DNA of 64,000 nucleotides, taken from IMG/VR virus record IMGVR_UViG_3300010163_003618; one strand, written 5' to 3'. This DNA is from an uncultured virus (IMG/VR IMGVR_UViG_3300010163_003618) (taxonomy: Duplodnaviria > Heunggongvirae > Uroviricota > Caudoviricetes). Positions 38,521 to 49,540 of this stretch are shown in pieces. The first letter of the stretch is position 1; each line of letters opens with the position of its first letter. A program made the translations under genes and the position numbers. The notes beneath the pieces were generated by a model. The model was not told the origin of the DNA. It ran no database searches and saw only the letters and a list, made by a program, of their open reading frames with translations.

Positions 38521-39669
38521 ATGTTAGAAATTAAAAATTCATCCAATTTAGTAAAGACATCATATTCAAGAGATGATGTGGTAATTCTGCTCAAGGACTT
38601 ATCAAATAATATGAAGGAGCTTAGCACCCAAGAGAGGGAAAGAAAGATTCAAAGTGGTGTGCATTATTCAGAAATGCTTCCTCAGGAAAAAGAGCCATCA
38701 GAGAGGTATCAATACCTTTACGATAAAGCACTTGTGGATAAAAAAGATGAGATAGCAAAGCATATAGCAACTGTGTCAGAAATAATTGTTAACAATACAG
38801 TAGGCAAAAAGGCACCAGTAATAATAAGCTTAGCAAGAGCAGGTATACCTATTGGCATCCTAATTAAAAGATATATAAAATGGAAATATAATATGGATTG
38901 CAGTCATTATGCTATCAGTATTATTAGAGATAGAGGAATTGACATAAATGCAATGAACTATATCTATACTCAAGAAGTATATATGCAAAAGAACACATTG
39001 GAAAACTTCTTTTTTGTAGATGGATGGACAGGAAAGGGTGCCATTAAAAATCAGCTTACAGAAGCAGTAAATGATCTTAAGTCACTTGATAATAAGTGGT
39101 CAGACCTAAAAGATTATTTATATGTACTTGCTGATCCAGCTAATATCACCAAGTTATGTGGTACACATGAGGATTATTTAATACCAAGCGCATGCCTAAA
39201 TAGTACAGTCAGTGGACTTATAAGCAGAACAATATTAAATAGTTATGTGGACGTTGAGAACGGAGAGTTTCACGGAGCAGTTTATTTTGAAAGGTTTAAG
39301 AGTATAGACAGAAGCAATCAGTTTATTGATGTAATTAGAGATGCATTTGAGAACATTACAGATGATATTAACGTTACACCAGTAGAGTTAACAGGTGACA
39401 CTGGAATGGAAATAGTAACAAAGATATGCCAGGATTATGACGTGGCAGATTATAAAAAGGTTAAGCCTGGAATTGGTGAAACTACACGAGTATTATTAAG
39501 AAGGGTTCCATATAAAATATTGATAAATAACAATATTAGTATGGATGATCCAGATATCCAACACATTTTAGTATTATGTGATGAAAAAAATGTTATTGTA
39601 GAGAGGGCATCCTTAGGTAGGCATTATAAGGTATGTGGAATCATTAAAGAATTAAGCGCTGATGCTTAA
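38521..39669 (+). CDS. StiP-family PRTase plus Pelota-like RNA-binding domain (Ter-associated)
   Basis: SGVHYSEMLPQE, SLARAGIPIG, SIIRDRGID, VDGWTGKGAI, IPSACLNSTVSGL, KPGIGETTRVLLRR. Confidence 0.92.
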   Translation: MLEIKNSSNLVKTSYSRDDVVILLKDLSNNMKELSTQERERKIQSGVHYSEMLPQEKEPSERYQYLYDKALVDKKDEIAKHIATVSEIIVNNTVGKKAPVIISLARAGIPIGILIKRYIKWKYNMDCSHYAISIIRDRGIDINAMNYIYTQEVYMQKNTLENFFFVDGWTGKGAIKNQLTEAVNDLKSLDNKWSDLKDYLYVLADPANITKLCGTHEDYLIPSACLNSTVSGLISRTILNSYVDVENGEFHGAVYFERFKSIDRSNQFIDVIRDAFENITDDINVTPVELTGDTGMEIVTKICQDYDVADYKKVKPGIGETTRVLLRRVPYKILINNNISMDDPDIQHILVLCDEKNVIVERASLGRHYKVCGIIKELSADA

Positions 39670-39700
39670 TATAAACAAAGAAAGGACAGGTAATAAAACA

Positions 39701-40564
39701 ATGGGAGTTAACTTAAGTAAGACAGAGGAGCAGTTGACAAATGAGGTCATGAGTAAGATTAACCTCAGCAAGGACCAGCAAAAGTTTAAGGGAACAGTTG
39801 TAAATTTGAGCAAGACAATTGTAAACTTAAGCAAGTCATCAGGAGTGGATCTTGGTGCTACAAAAGCACAGGTGGTAGTTGTATTAGACTACAGCGGATC
39901 CATGCAAGGAAGATATGAGAATGGTACTGTGCAACAAGTAATTGATAAGATGGTACCTCTTGGAATCACCTTTGATGATAATGGATCAGTTGAGGTATTC
40001 AGATTTGCAAACGGTATTGATTTCATGCAGTTTGAAAGTCTGACTATTAAAAATTATGAAGGCTATGTAAAAAAGTATATCATGACTGGTGACATGGGCG
40101 GTACAGATTATGCTCCTGTACTTAAAGAAATTAAACGACTGTACATTGATGGTGAGTGTGAAGACAATAGTAATAAGAAAGCTAAGAAAGGATTCCTTGG
40201 ATTATTTGGACACAAAACAAGTCAAAAAGAAGTTAAGGCATCTGGTAAGGTTAAGACACTTACAGGTGCAGATGCAGCAGTAAATCCTCTGTTTGTAATA
40301 TTCATTACAGATGGAGATAACTTTGATAAGAGAGATACAGATGATATTATCAGAAAACTATCGAAGGAATACTGTTTCATTCAGTTTATTGGTGTAGGCA
40401 ATGATAGGATGTCATATCTTGAGAAACTGGATAATTTAACAGGTAGAGAATGTGATAATACAGGGTTTACCAGATTTGATGATATTAAAAATATAAGTGA
40501 TACACAGCTATATGAGGCTGTTCTTGGGAACTTTGCAGATTGGCTTAAGGTAAAAGGATTTTAG
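39701..40564 (+). CDS. vWA domain protein (vWA-TerF-like)
   Basis: MIDAS DYSGSM, FDDNG, GGTDYAP, FITDGD, FIQFIGVG, DNTGF. Confidence 0.9.
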   Translation: MGVNLSKTEEQLTNEVMSKINLSKDQQKFKGTVVNLSKTIVNLSKSSGVDLGATKAQVVVVLDYSGSMQGRYENGTVQQVIDKMVPLGITFDDNGSVEVFRFANGIDFMQFESLTIKNYEGYVKKYIMTGDMGGTDYAPVLKEIKRLYIDGECEDNSNKKAKKGFLGLFGHKTSQKEVKASGKVKTLTGADAAVNPLFVIFITDGDNFDKRDTDDIIRKLSKEYCFIQFIGVGNDRMSYLEKLDNLTGRECDNTGFTRFDDIKNISDTQLYEAVLGNFADWLKVKGF

Positions 40565-40666
40565 GCTAAGCAGTCAACATATAAGCATTAATAAGTAGTG
40601 AGTAGGCTAGTATATAAGGTAAAAATAAATATGCTAGCCTATTTAAAATAAATGAGGAGTAATAAA

Positions 40667-40948
40667 ATGGGAGAACAACAAAATGAAGAAGTAATGACAA
40701 TAGGTAAAAGGTTAAGACAACTTACAAACCAAGCAAATAGAAAAGTTGAAATAGACACCTTCGTTGCAGCTTTAGAAGATGCAGCTAACAATAGATTAAG
40801 TTCATTAGCATTTCCAGACTTAAGGCAGTATTTGAACAGTATGATTATGGATGGTACCATTTGGGAATGGTTGAAATCACAAGATTTGATTCCAACAGGT
40901 GAGATTGATCAAAACACAGGAGCATATAATTTTACAATATCCTGGTAA
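40667..40948 (+). CDS. Hypothetical protein
   Basis: GAGGAG SD; about 93 aa. Confidence 0.6.
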   Translation: MGEQQNEEVMTIGKRLRQLTNQANRKVEIDTFVAALEDAANNRLSSLAFPDLRQYLNSMIMDGTIWEWLKSQDLIPTGEIDQNTGAYNFTISW

Positions 40949-41003
40949 ATATAAGTAATGGACAAACAAAAAAACACAAAACAAAAGGGAGAATAAAATA
41001 AAC

Positions 41004-41795
41004 ATGAAAGATAAATTAATTTACAGTTCAGATATGGATAGAACACTAATTTTTTCAGAGAAATTTCTTAGAGGGTATCCAACAACATGTAGTTATCATG
41101 CAGTAGAGTATAGAGATGATGGAACAGTAATAAGCTACATGGCAGATGAAGTAAAAAAGAGTTTAAACGAACTGGCTTCACATCCAGATATAGTATTTAT
41201 ACCAGTTACATCAAGAAGTAAAAAAGAGTATGATAGAATTAAGCTAGGTTTTACACCAGAGTATGCAATAGTAGCAAACGGTGGAATCATACTGCATCAT
41301 GGCATAGTAATAGATGAATACTCAAAATATGTAAGATCAAAGATAAACAGAATGGATATTTTAACAATGTGCAACGATATAAAAGATTACATTCCATCAG
41401 TAACATATGAACCTAAATTAATAGATGGATGTTATATCTTTTTTAAGACTGATAATCCTGAAAACTTTGATGCTGAGGTAGACTATCTTGTTGAAAGATA
41501 TCCAGATTGGGAGTTTACAAGGCAAGTAAGCAAGTGTTATGCAGTACCAAAGCATTTTTCAAAACAGGTAGCACTTAGATGGTTATGGCATAGGCTTGGA
41601 AAACCTTATGTAGTAGCAAGCGGAGACAGCCAGTTAGATTTACCTATGTTGGCATTAGCAAACAGAGCAATAATTCCCTCACATGGTAGTTTAGTCAAGG
41701 AAAAATATGTTGAATCAGGTACAATAGTAGATGGTGGAATATTAAGTCCACTGGAAACAATGAAAATAGTTAAAGGGGAACTGGAAAAATTGTAA
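41004..41795 (+). CDS. HAD-superfamily phosphatase (Ter-associated)
   Basis: SDMDRTLIFS, PVTSRS, ANGG, SGDSQLDLPML. Confidence 0.87.
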   Translation: MKDKLIYSSDMDRTLIFSEKFLRGYPTTCSYHAVEYRDDGTVISYMADEVKKSLNELASHPDIVFIPVTSRSKKEYDRIKLGFTPEYAIVANGGIILHHGIVIDEYSKYVRSKINRMDILTMCNDIKDYIPSVTYEPKLIDGCYIFFKTDNPENFDAEVDYLVERYPDWEFTRQVSKCYAVPKHFSKQVALRWLWHRLGKPYVVASGDSQLDLPMLALANRAIIPSHGSLVKEKYVESGTIVDGGILSPLETMKIVKGELEKL

Positions 41796-41945
41796 ATAAC
41801 AGTTTATACAATTAAGATAAGTGTACATAAGGAGGCATATGATTAAAATTATGTCTCCTTATATTTAGTAATATACCAAAAATTAGACTAGTTAATATAA
41901 TAGGTATAAAAATTATTTATTAATAGCTGAGGTGAAAATAGAAAC

Positions 41946-44132
41946 ATGATTGTCACTGGAGAAAAAATTTCTACAATTAAATTAGTAGAGGATAACAGTA
42001 TAACAGTTATTGATGATGTAAATAAAGAGAATATTGAGCAAATAAAAGCAACAGTAGAAGTATGTGATAAATTCATTGACAAAAAATTTGAACTACCTAC
42101 AACAAAAAATGAGGTCATTACCAAAAGAAGTAAGACAATAAGTAAGGTATATGAATGCTTGACAGAAATGCATAATGCATTACTTAACAATAAATCCCAA
42201 TATTTTAGTAGTGAAACACAGTTCACTAACTTTAAAATCAAGATAATATTTTGGTGTACAAATATATTTGAGGATGTAGTAAACCATTTGGATAATGATG
42301 GCTCTGCACTTTTAGTAATAAACAACAATAATATATCCAAACATGAAATAATGTTTGTGAATATGCTAAATAAAGCAGGTGCAACAGTACTTATAATTTC
42401 AAATAAAAATGAATGTGAGAGTATACTTAAAAATAATAATAGTTTAATTATTAAGAAATATGGGACTACAGAGAATTTAACTATAGACAATAAGTTGGCA
42501 GATAGAAATAAATCTGTATCTGCTTATGGCATAGTAGTAAGAAAGAGTTTAAGAGAGTTTGGATCATTACAAGAAGTAGAAGATGCAATTTATAATAAGC
42601 ATGAAACAATTAAGTTAATTGTAAGTGGTACTTCAATTTATATAGACACATGCGATTTTTATGCTAAGTTATATAACGAAAGTACAAAGAATCCTGAATT
42701 TGTGTTATATACAACTGGATTTCATAAGCCATCATACAATGAAACTAATGCATTTCCTAGATTAAGAATCAATAATCATTCATATATAATAGAAACTGCA
42801 TTAAAGTTTTTAGATGTTAAAAATAGTGAGATAAAGACAGAACTTGAAGAAGCATTAAGAATGCAGTTCAACAAACCAGAATACAGGTGTTTAACACCTG
42901 AAATACTTTCAAACAAGATATTTTATTCAATATGCATTATAAATAATATTTTAAAAGATGAAACTAAAAAATTTATCATTTATTATGGTAATGTAACAAA
43001 TAATGACAGTGTAATATTGCAAATATTAAGTAATGTAGAATCATTATCATATATTGTATTAACATCAGACAAGTCAAAGAGAGTCACAATAGATAATGTG
43101 TACACATTGGAGTTACCTAATTCTGTAGAGTATTTTGCAATACCTACGGTTGATAGTAGAGATAATGCATCAACAATGGCAGCACAAGCTGCTAGAAGAG
43201 TTAATCAAACACTGTATAGTGGTGATACAATTGGTATGTATAAACCTGGACAGTTTAGGACTTGTAATACCAAGAGATTTACTACAACCTTTGATGAAAT
43301 TGTAATGTGGTGGAACAAAGAGATGTATATTAGACCTGGCTTTGAATCACAAGGTGATGTTGCAATCATACCTACAATGTTCAAAGTAATCAAAGGAGTA
43401 TATCCAGATGATTATGAATACGCCAATTATATTAAAAAGTTGGCATGTGGAAAAACAATAGTGTTTAGAGTGGTTAAGCAGATAAGAGAACTTTCGGACT
43501 TTTATCCAAATTGCAATAATGACAATAGATATCAAGGAGGATTCATTCATAGGTTAACAGATATACATAATACAAAATTTGAGGACCAAAGGCCATTCTA
43601 TGAAAATGGGAAATTAAATAAAAAAAGAATCATAAATGGCATAAATTATAAGTATAAATTCCTTAATAAAAATAAGCAAGACTTAATATTTGATAAGATT
43701 GAGGAAATCATAAATAAGGGATACATCAATGAAAGCAGCTTTAAGGATAAAGAAGCATTCATTGATACAGTATTAAACTTACTGCTAAACATTAACATTG
43801 AAGTATTACAATATATTCAGTGGTTTGAATTTTATACTTATAATCCTAATTTAATAGTAATACTGAATGATATTCAGATGCCAAGTGTAAATGATACAAT
43901 ACTTATGTTATTCCTAAGTTTAATGGGATTTGATGTACTTATATTTGTACCAACTGCATACTCTGGAGTTGAGGATCATATCACTAATAAGTTTTCATAT
44001 GACACGCATACAATAGGTGAAGCAGCATATGATATAGATTTTGATAATATACAAGTAACACCTAATATTGAAGTGGATCAAGAAGAAACTAAAAAGAAAC
44101 AAGGTTTCTTTAGTAAGTTATTTAATAAATGA
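41946..44132 (+). CDS. YceG-like Ter 'biosynthetic module' component
   Basis: TTFDEIVMWW, RPGF, C-terminal LMGFDVLIFVPTAY; directly upstream of TelA as in yceG-yceH. Confidence 0.7.
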   Translation: MIVTGEKISTIKLVEDNSITVIDDVNKENIEQIKATVEVCDKFIDKKFELPTTKNEVITKRSKTISKVYECLTEMHNALLNNKSQYFSSETQFTNFKIKIIFWCTNIFEDVVNHLDNDGSALLVINNNNISKHEIMFVNMLNKAGATVLIISNKNECESILKNNNSLIIKKYGTTENLTIDNKLADRNKSVSAYGIVVRKSLREFGSLQEVEDAIYNKHETIKLIVSGTSIYIDTCDFYAKLYNESTKNPEFVLYTTGFHKPSYNETNAFPRLRINNHSYIIETALKFLDVKNSEIKTELEEALRMQFNKPEYRCLTPEILSNKIFYSICIINNILKDETKKFIIYYGNVTNNDSVILQILSNVESLSYIVLTSDKSKRVTIDNVYTLELPNSVEYFAIPTVDSRDNASTMAAQAARRVNQTLYSGDTIGMYKPGQFRTCNTKRFTTTFDEIVMWWNKEMYIRPGFESQGDVAIIPTMFKVIKGVYPDDYEYANYIKKLACGKTIVFRVVKQIRELSDFYPNCNNDNRYQGGFIHRLTDIHNTKFEDQRPFYENGKLNKKRIINGINYKYKFLNKNKQDLIFDKIEEIINKGYINESSFKDKEAFIDTVLNLLLNINIEVLQYIQWFEFYTYNPNLIVILNDIQMPSVNDTILMLFLSLMGFDVLIFVPTAYSGVEDHITNKFSYDTHTIGEAAYDIDFDNIQVTPNIEVDQEETKKKQGFFSKLFNK

Positions 44133-44148
44133 TAAGGAGAATAAAAAC

Positions 44149-45351
44149 ATGGCAATTAAGAAAACAACTGGAACAAGTAATGTTGCTACTCAGACAATCA
44201 ATACTCCTGTAGCTGAATCAACTGGTGTAATTTCACTTGAAAAGGTAGAGGATACCAGAAAGACTTATGATCTTGCACTTGCTAAGGACAAATATAAGCA
44301 GGAGATTTTAGCAAGTGGTTTGATTGATAAGCTTACAAGCACTATTGATTTGGAAAACACCAATACAATTTTGGAGTTTGGTAAGGAACCAGCTACAAGA
44401 ATGGCTCAAGTAGCTGATCAGGTATTATCTAAATATGACATGGCCAATCTGAATGGTACATCTCAGCTTGTAGATGCATTACTTACTATAATGAAAAAGA
44501 TTGATATTGGAGAATTGGAAGATGCAAAGACACTTTTAGCATCTCAGGCTAAGAAAACTTTTCTTGATCGTTTCAAGAAGTCAGCTCAAGAAAAGCTTGA
44601 TGCATTAGTAGGCAAATACAGAACACTTGGTGGTGACATGGAAAAGATCATTACTCAGTTGACAACCTACGAAACTCAAATTAAAAATTCCAATGTTGAC
44701 ATTGACAGAATGTATGATCAGGCAATTCAGAACTTTAAGGAATTAATGGGATTCGTGTTAGCTGGTGAGCAGGCTTGTACAGAAATTGAGCAGTACAAGG
44801 GGGAAGTTCAGCAGGAATTTGCAGAAACAGGTAACCCTGATTTGCAGTTTAAGCTGCAGAATATTAATCAAGCACTAACATTGATGGAGCAAAGAACATC
44901 GGACTTAAGAAGTGCAGAAGCAATTGCATTACAAGCCATTCCTGAGTTTAAGATTCAAGAATATACAAATGCGAATCTTGCACGTAAGATCAATAGTGCA
45001 TTTATTGTAACTGTACCAGCATTTAAGAATGCTTTGGTTAGTAGTGTAATTGCTAAGCAGCAGGCTATCCAGAATCAGGGTTTAAGTGCCCTTGATGAAG
45101 CTACATCAATGTTGATTAGAAAGAAAGCTGAAAATGCAGTACAACAACTTAAAAATTCTCAGCAGCTTGCTAATTCATCAGCAGTCAAAGCAGATGATAT
45201 CGAGTATGCTTGGAATGTTATTATGAATGGCATTCAGGAATATAAGCAGCTTGAAGAGCAGTACAGAAATGTTCGTAAAGAAGAAGCCAAGAGAATTGAA
45301 GAAGCAAACACAAAGTACCTTGATGCAATTGCAAGCGGACAGGGTATCTAA
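44149..45351 (+). CDS. telA: TelA/YceH toxic anion resistance protein
   Basis: TILEFGKE, long coiled coils, LEQR-like MEQRTSDL, NANLARKINSAF, VPAFK; AAGGAG SD before 44149. Confidence 0.88.
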   Translation: MAIKKTTGTSNVATQTINTPVAESTGVISLEKVEDTRKTYDLALAKDKYKQEILASGLIDKLTSTIDLENTNTILEFGKEPATRMAQVADQVLSKYDMANLNGTSQLVDALLTIMKKIDIGELEDAKTLLASQAKKTFLDRFKKSAQEKLDALVGKYRTLGGDMEKIITQLTTYETQIKNSNVDIDRMYDQAIQNFKELMGFVLAGEQACTEIEQYKGEVQQEFAETGNPDLQFKLQNINQALTLMEQRTSDLRSAEAIALQAIPEFKIQEYTNANLARKINSAFIVTVPAFKNALVSSVIAKQQAIQNQGLSALDEATSMLIRKKAENAVQQLKNSQQLANSSAVKADDIEYAWNVIMNGIQEYKQLEEQYRNVRKEEAKRIEEANTKYLDAIASGQGI

Positions 45352-45533
45352 AAGAAAAATACAATATGTAATAAAGTGGGGCAAGTAGATAGGCAAGATG
45401 TTTACATAGTTAATATGAAATGTTAACCACCTATAATAAAGAATAGCATGTGAAATAGAATAGAACATTATAAATAGCCTTTAAATATTATAAGTATGAT
45501 TTTTAATATTTAATTTTTGAAAGGAGAAAAATT

Positions 45534-45722
45534 ATGAAAATCAGAAAAGTCTTAAATAGGTCATCCAAAACTATGGCTATTGTATTAGTTCCATTAAGTG
45601 TAGCATTGATCATCTTAGCCATGCTAGGTAAATTGCCTTGGAATCAAGTTCTGCCGTATTGCATAGCAATTAACATTTTGGCATTCATTGCATTAAGCAA
45701 AAGAAGGCAGAAAGCAAACTGA
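45534..45722 (+). CDS. Small 2-TM membrane protein preceding the ATPase
   Basis: 62 aa, AAGGAG SD. Confidence 0.65.
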   Translation: MKIRKVLNRSSKTMAIVLVPLSVALIILAMLGKLPWNQVLPYCIAINILAFIALSKRRQKAN

Positions 45723-45787
45723 TATAAAAGAGTACAATACATAATACTCTTTATATAAAATAATTTAACAAGAAAGGAAAAATAACA

Positions 45788-48442
45788 ATGAGCGAAATTG
45801 AAAAGACACTATCTGATAGACTGAAAGGCTTGTCTGATGAACAGGTAGCCAACAGTAGAAATAACTATGGCACCAATGCATTGTCAAGAAAAGAGCCTGA
45901 ATCAATCCTGTCGATGTTTTTAAGTGCATTAAAGGATTTGTGTGTGCTGATCCTGCTTAGTTGCTTGGGAGTAAAAGCATTGTTTATGATCATTGGTATG
46001 ATTGTACCAGCATTAGCAAACCCAAGTGATGCTGTTGAGATCATAGGTATCATCATGGCAGTTGCACTTTCAACTGGTTTTAGTACATTATCAGAGTACA
46101 GAAACACCTCAAGAAATGAGGCATTGCAGGCAGAGTATAGTAAGACATTTGCAAAAGTAATTAGGTCAGGTAAGCTTTTGAGTATTCTTACCAGTGAGAT
46201 TGTGAAGGGCGATATCATTCTGCTTCAGTCAGGTGATAAGGTTCCTGTGGATGGTATCCTTATTAAAGGAAACCTTAAGGTAAATCAGGCGGCACTGAAT
46301 GGTGAGTCCAGGGATGAAAAGAAAGAAGCAGCCGACAATATGGATGAAGCTGAAGCAACTGATACATCATCACTACATAAGGTGTTCATGGGTTCAGTTG
46401 TAACAGCAGGTGAAGCTTATATCGAAGCAACTGTTATCGGTGATGCATCCGAGTTGGGTAAGATTAATGCTTCCTTGAACGAGGATGATGCAGATGAAAG
46501 AAAGGATACCACTTCCTTGAAGTTGGAAGTGCTATTAGGTCAGATCAACAAGCTTGGTATGACTTGTGCAGTCATCGCAGGTATTCTTAATGTAGCAATG
46601 ACGTTGTCCAGAACAAATGAAGCAATGACCTGGGCAACTATAGCATTACTTATTATGGATTCCATTATGCTTGCTGCTAGTATCATCATCATGGCAGTAC
46701 CTGAGGGACTTGCATTGATTGTGAGTCTTGTACAGTCTATGAATACAGAATCAATGTATAAGAAACACATTCTAGTTCATCACAAGGCGGCATTTGCTGA
46801 TTCAGCATATATGAATATCCTATTCAGTGATAAGACAGGTACAATTACCAAGGGTAACCTTTCACTTGCAGAGTTTATCATGGGTAACAGCAAGATTACA
46901 AAAGATGTAACAAGCAATAAGGACTTTCTGAACGCAATTGTACTTAACAATTCAGCAAAGATTTCAGAAGGTAAGGCAATTGGTAGTAACAATATGGACC
47001 AGGCTCTTCTCACTTATGCAATGAGTACATACAAATACTCAAATGATAAGAGAGATGAATCCAATGTCAAAGAAGGCAGTACAAGTATGTTCTCATCTGA
47101 AAAGAAGTGTGCAACAGTGGATCTTAAGGACGGTGGACAGTACTGGAAGGGTGCTACAGAGTTTATTATTGATTCAGTCACTCATTATGTAAATGAAAAT
47201 GGTGAGGAAGAGAAGTTTACTGAATCTGATAAGAAGGCACTGCTTAATACAATTAAGGATCAGGCAGCTCGTACAATGAAGATGCTGTCCATTGTAAGAA
47301 AGTACACTGATAGAGTTGTATTATATGCAGTAGGTTGTTTCAGAGATGATGTAAGGCCTGATGCAATAGAAACAGTTCATGTTTTGAACAGTGCAGGTAT
47401 TCAGGTTGCTATGATCACTGGTGATGCTGAAGATACAGCTTTAGCAATTGCTAAGGAAGCTGGATTAATGAATAATCCTGATGACATCATGTTAACACAT
47501 AAACAATTAGCTGCAATGTCAGATGATGAAATTAAGGAGCAGCTTAAGCATATTAAGGTAGTTAGCAGAGCAGAACCCATGGATAAAAAGAGACTTGTGC
47601 AGATTGCACAGAGCCTGGATAATGTAGTAGGTATGACAGGTGACGGTGTAAATGATGCACCTGCTCTGAAGCAGGCAGATGTTGGGTTTGCAATGGGTGA
47701 TGGTACAGCAGTTGCTCAGGAAGCAGGTGACGTTGTTATCCTAAATAACAGCTTGACTTCTATCAAGGATGCTGTATTGAACAGCCGTACTATGGCAAAG
47801 TCAATTGCCAAGTTCCTGATCTTCCAGCTTACAGTGAATGTAAGTACACTGTTAATGAATATCATTTCTCCTGTGTTGGGTTGGACAGAGCCATTCAGTA
47901 TTGTACAGATTCTGTGGATCAATCTGATAATGGATACACTCTGTGCCCTTAGTTTTGGAGCAGAACCAATTTTGAACAGGTACATGAAGGAGAAGCCAGC
48001 TAATAGAAATGATAAAGTATTGACACCTTATATCAAATCTGCAATCGGTATGGGAGCAATATTCATCACTATTGGATCAATATTAATCCTTGAGAATGTA
48101 GGCGGAATTGCATCCATGGTTACACCTAGTGACTGTACAAATGTAGAGTTGTATGAGAAGACTTTCATGTTCGCATTCTTCATCTACGCAATTCTGTTTA
48201 ACGGATTGAATGCAAGATCAGAAAACTTGAATATCTTCGAGCATATCGGAGAAAACAAGAAGTTCATGCTGATCATGGGAAGTGTAGCAGTATTACAGAC
48301 ATTGATCATCCAGTTTGGCGGTGGAATCTTTGGTACAACGACATTAACCTTTGATGCACTGCTGACAGCGTTTGTACTCGGTGCATGTATTATTCCTGTA
48401 GATATGCTCCGTAAGGTAATTTGGAAAGCAATGCATAAGTAA
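45788..48442 (+). CDS. Calcium-translocating P-type ATPase (P2, PMCA-like)
   Basis: NGES actuator, VPEGL, DKTGT, KGA, MITGD, GDGVNDAPAL, LWINLIMD. Confidence 0.95.
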   Translation: MSEIEKTLSDRLKGLSDEQVANSRNNYGTNALSRKEPESILSMFLSALKDLCVLILLSCLGVKALFMIIGMIVPALANPSDAVEIIGIIMAVALSTGFSTLSEYRNTSRNEALQAEYSKTFAKVIRSGKLLSILTSEIVKGDIILLQSGDKVPVDGILIKGNLKVNQAALNGESRDEKKEAADNMDEAEATDTSSLHKVFMGSVVTAGEAYIEATVIGDASELGKINASLNEDDADERKDTTSLKLEVLLGQINKLGMTCAVIAGILNVAMTLSRTNEAMTWATIALLIMDSIMLAASIIIMAVPEGLALIVSLVQSMNTESMYKKHILVHHKAAFADSAYMNILFSDKTGTITKGNLSLAEFIMGNSKITKDVTSNKDFLNAIVLNNSAKISEGKAIGSNNMDQALLTYAMSTYKYSNDKRDESNVKEGSTSMFSSEKKCATVDLKDGGQYWKGATEFIIDSVTHYVNENGEEEKFTESDKKALLNTIKDQAARTMKMLSIVRKYTDRVVLYAVGCFRDDVRPDAIETVHVLNSAGIQVAMITGDAEDTALAIAKEAGLMNNPDDIMLTHKQLAAMSDDEIKEQLKHIKVVSRAEPMDKKRLVQIAQSLDNVVGMTGDGVNDAPALKQADVGFAMGDGTAVAQEAGDVVILNNSLTSIKDAVLNSRTMAKSIAKFLIFQLTVNVSTLLMNIISPVLGWTEPFSIVQILWINLIMDTLCALSFGAEPILNRYMKEKPANRNDKVLTPYIKSAIGMGAIFITIGSILILENVGGIASMVTPSDCTNVELYEKTFMFAFFIYAILFNGLNARSENLNIFEHIGENKKFMLIMGSVAVLQTLIIQFGGGIFGTTTLTFDALLTAFVLGACIIPVDMLRKVIWKAMHK

Positions 48443-48475
48443 GACCAACTGTATAAAAAGTGGCAGTTTTAAATA

Positions 48476-48505
48476 AAAGGAATGCCTTTTGGGGCATTCC
48501 TTTTA
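48476..48505 (+). terminator. Intrinsic terminator
   Basis: AAAGGAATGCC/GGCATTCCTTT. Confidence 0.85.
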
Positions 48506-48739
48506 TATTGTACATATATAAAATACTTAAACATAAGCATAAAAATGACGTGATATTAAATTTTTAATTAAAAAGTAAAAATGGGGGTATGTAACAACTA
48601 ATATAAGGTATGCATTAATTATTATTTTTACAACAAAAAGAAAATGGTTAAAAACAAAATATTATAAGATAAAAGTATACTAAAGACAAAAAATTGAAAT
48701 TACAACAAAACTAAATAAAAATAAGGGAGGGTATGAGAA

Positions 48740-49354
48740 ATGCTTGGAAAAATTCAAATTACAAATAAATATAATGAGGATACCTGTGGTAATCCAGATT
48801 TTATAACAGTCAGGTTAGATAGTGAGTATGTTATACCATCTAGTTCAGGATATAACATTATGAAAGTTATACTTGTAAGAAAAAGAGATTACACAATATA
48901 TTTAGATTTTAATGATGAAGAAGTCAACACTAAAAGCTATGTAACTTTATCTAACTTTTTAAAATCTGTATATCCAAAAGGATTTTACATAGCAAAAGTA
49001 AAGGATAATATATTTACAGTGCTGGCAAGTGTAAATAATGATAAAGTACTTGTTGATACAAATGGAAATGAAATTCAATTTCCTAGAGAATTATTGAAAA
49101 TAATATCAAAGATTGTACCATTATATAAAAATAAGATTAAGCTTACTGATTCAAACATAGAAAAAATAAAAATAATATCCAAGCATGAAATTAAAGAAAA
49201 TGGTAAGAGAAATATAGTATATGTAATAACAGATGGTAGACAACAGAGCACACTAGATGCAAAAAAGTTAAAAGAAAATATTAGGGCAAAGTCAATATGT
49301 GTTGTAAATGCAAAATTAACTAAAAATAATAGATTACTTGTAAAGTATGAATAA
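48740..49354 (+). CDS. Hypothetical protein with C-terminal DUF3892-like domain
   Basis: IVYVITDGRQQSTLDAKKLKENIRAKSICVVNAKLT. Confidence 0.6.
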   Translation: MLGKIQITNKYNEDTCGNPDFITVRLDSEYVIPSSSGYNIMKVILVRKRDYTIYLDFNDEEVNTKSYVTLSNFLKSVYPKGFYIAKVKDNIFTVLASVNNDKVLVDTNGNEIQFPRELLKIISKIVPLYKNKIKLTDSNIEKIKIISKHEIKENGKRNIVYVITDGRQQSTLDAKKLKENIRAKSICVVNAKLTKNNRLLVKYE

Positions 49355-49540
49355 GTCAAAGTGATATACAAGTGGCAATTTTTAATATTATTATAAAATT
49401 AAAAATAAGTATAAAGCATATAAGAAAATATGTAGGCATACAGACAAGTTGATATAAGCATGTAATTTAAGCCTCAAATTAATTAAGGAATAGTTTTAAT
49501 TTAATTTTTAATAAATTTAATGGAAAGGTAGGACATTGGA

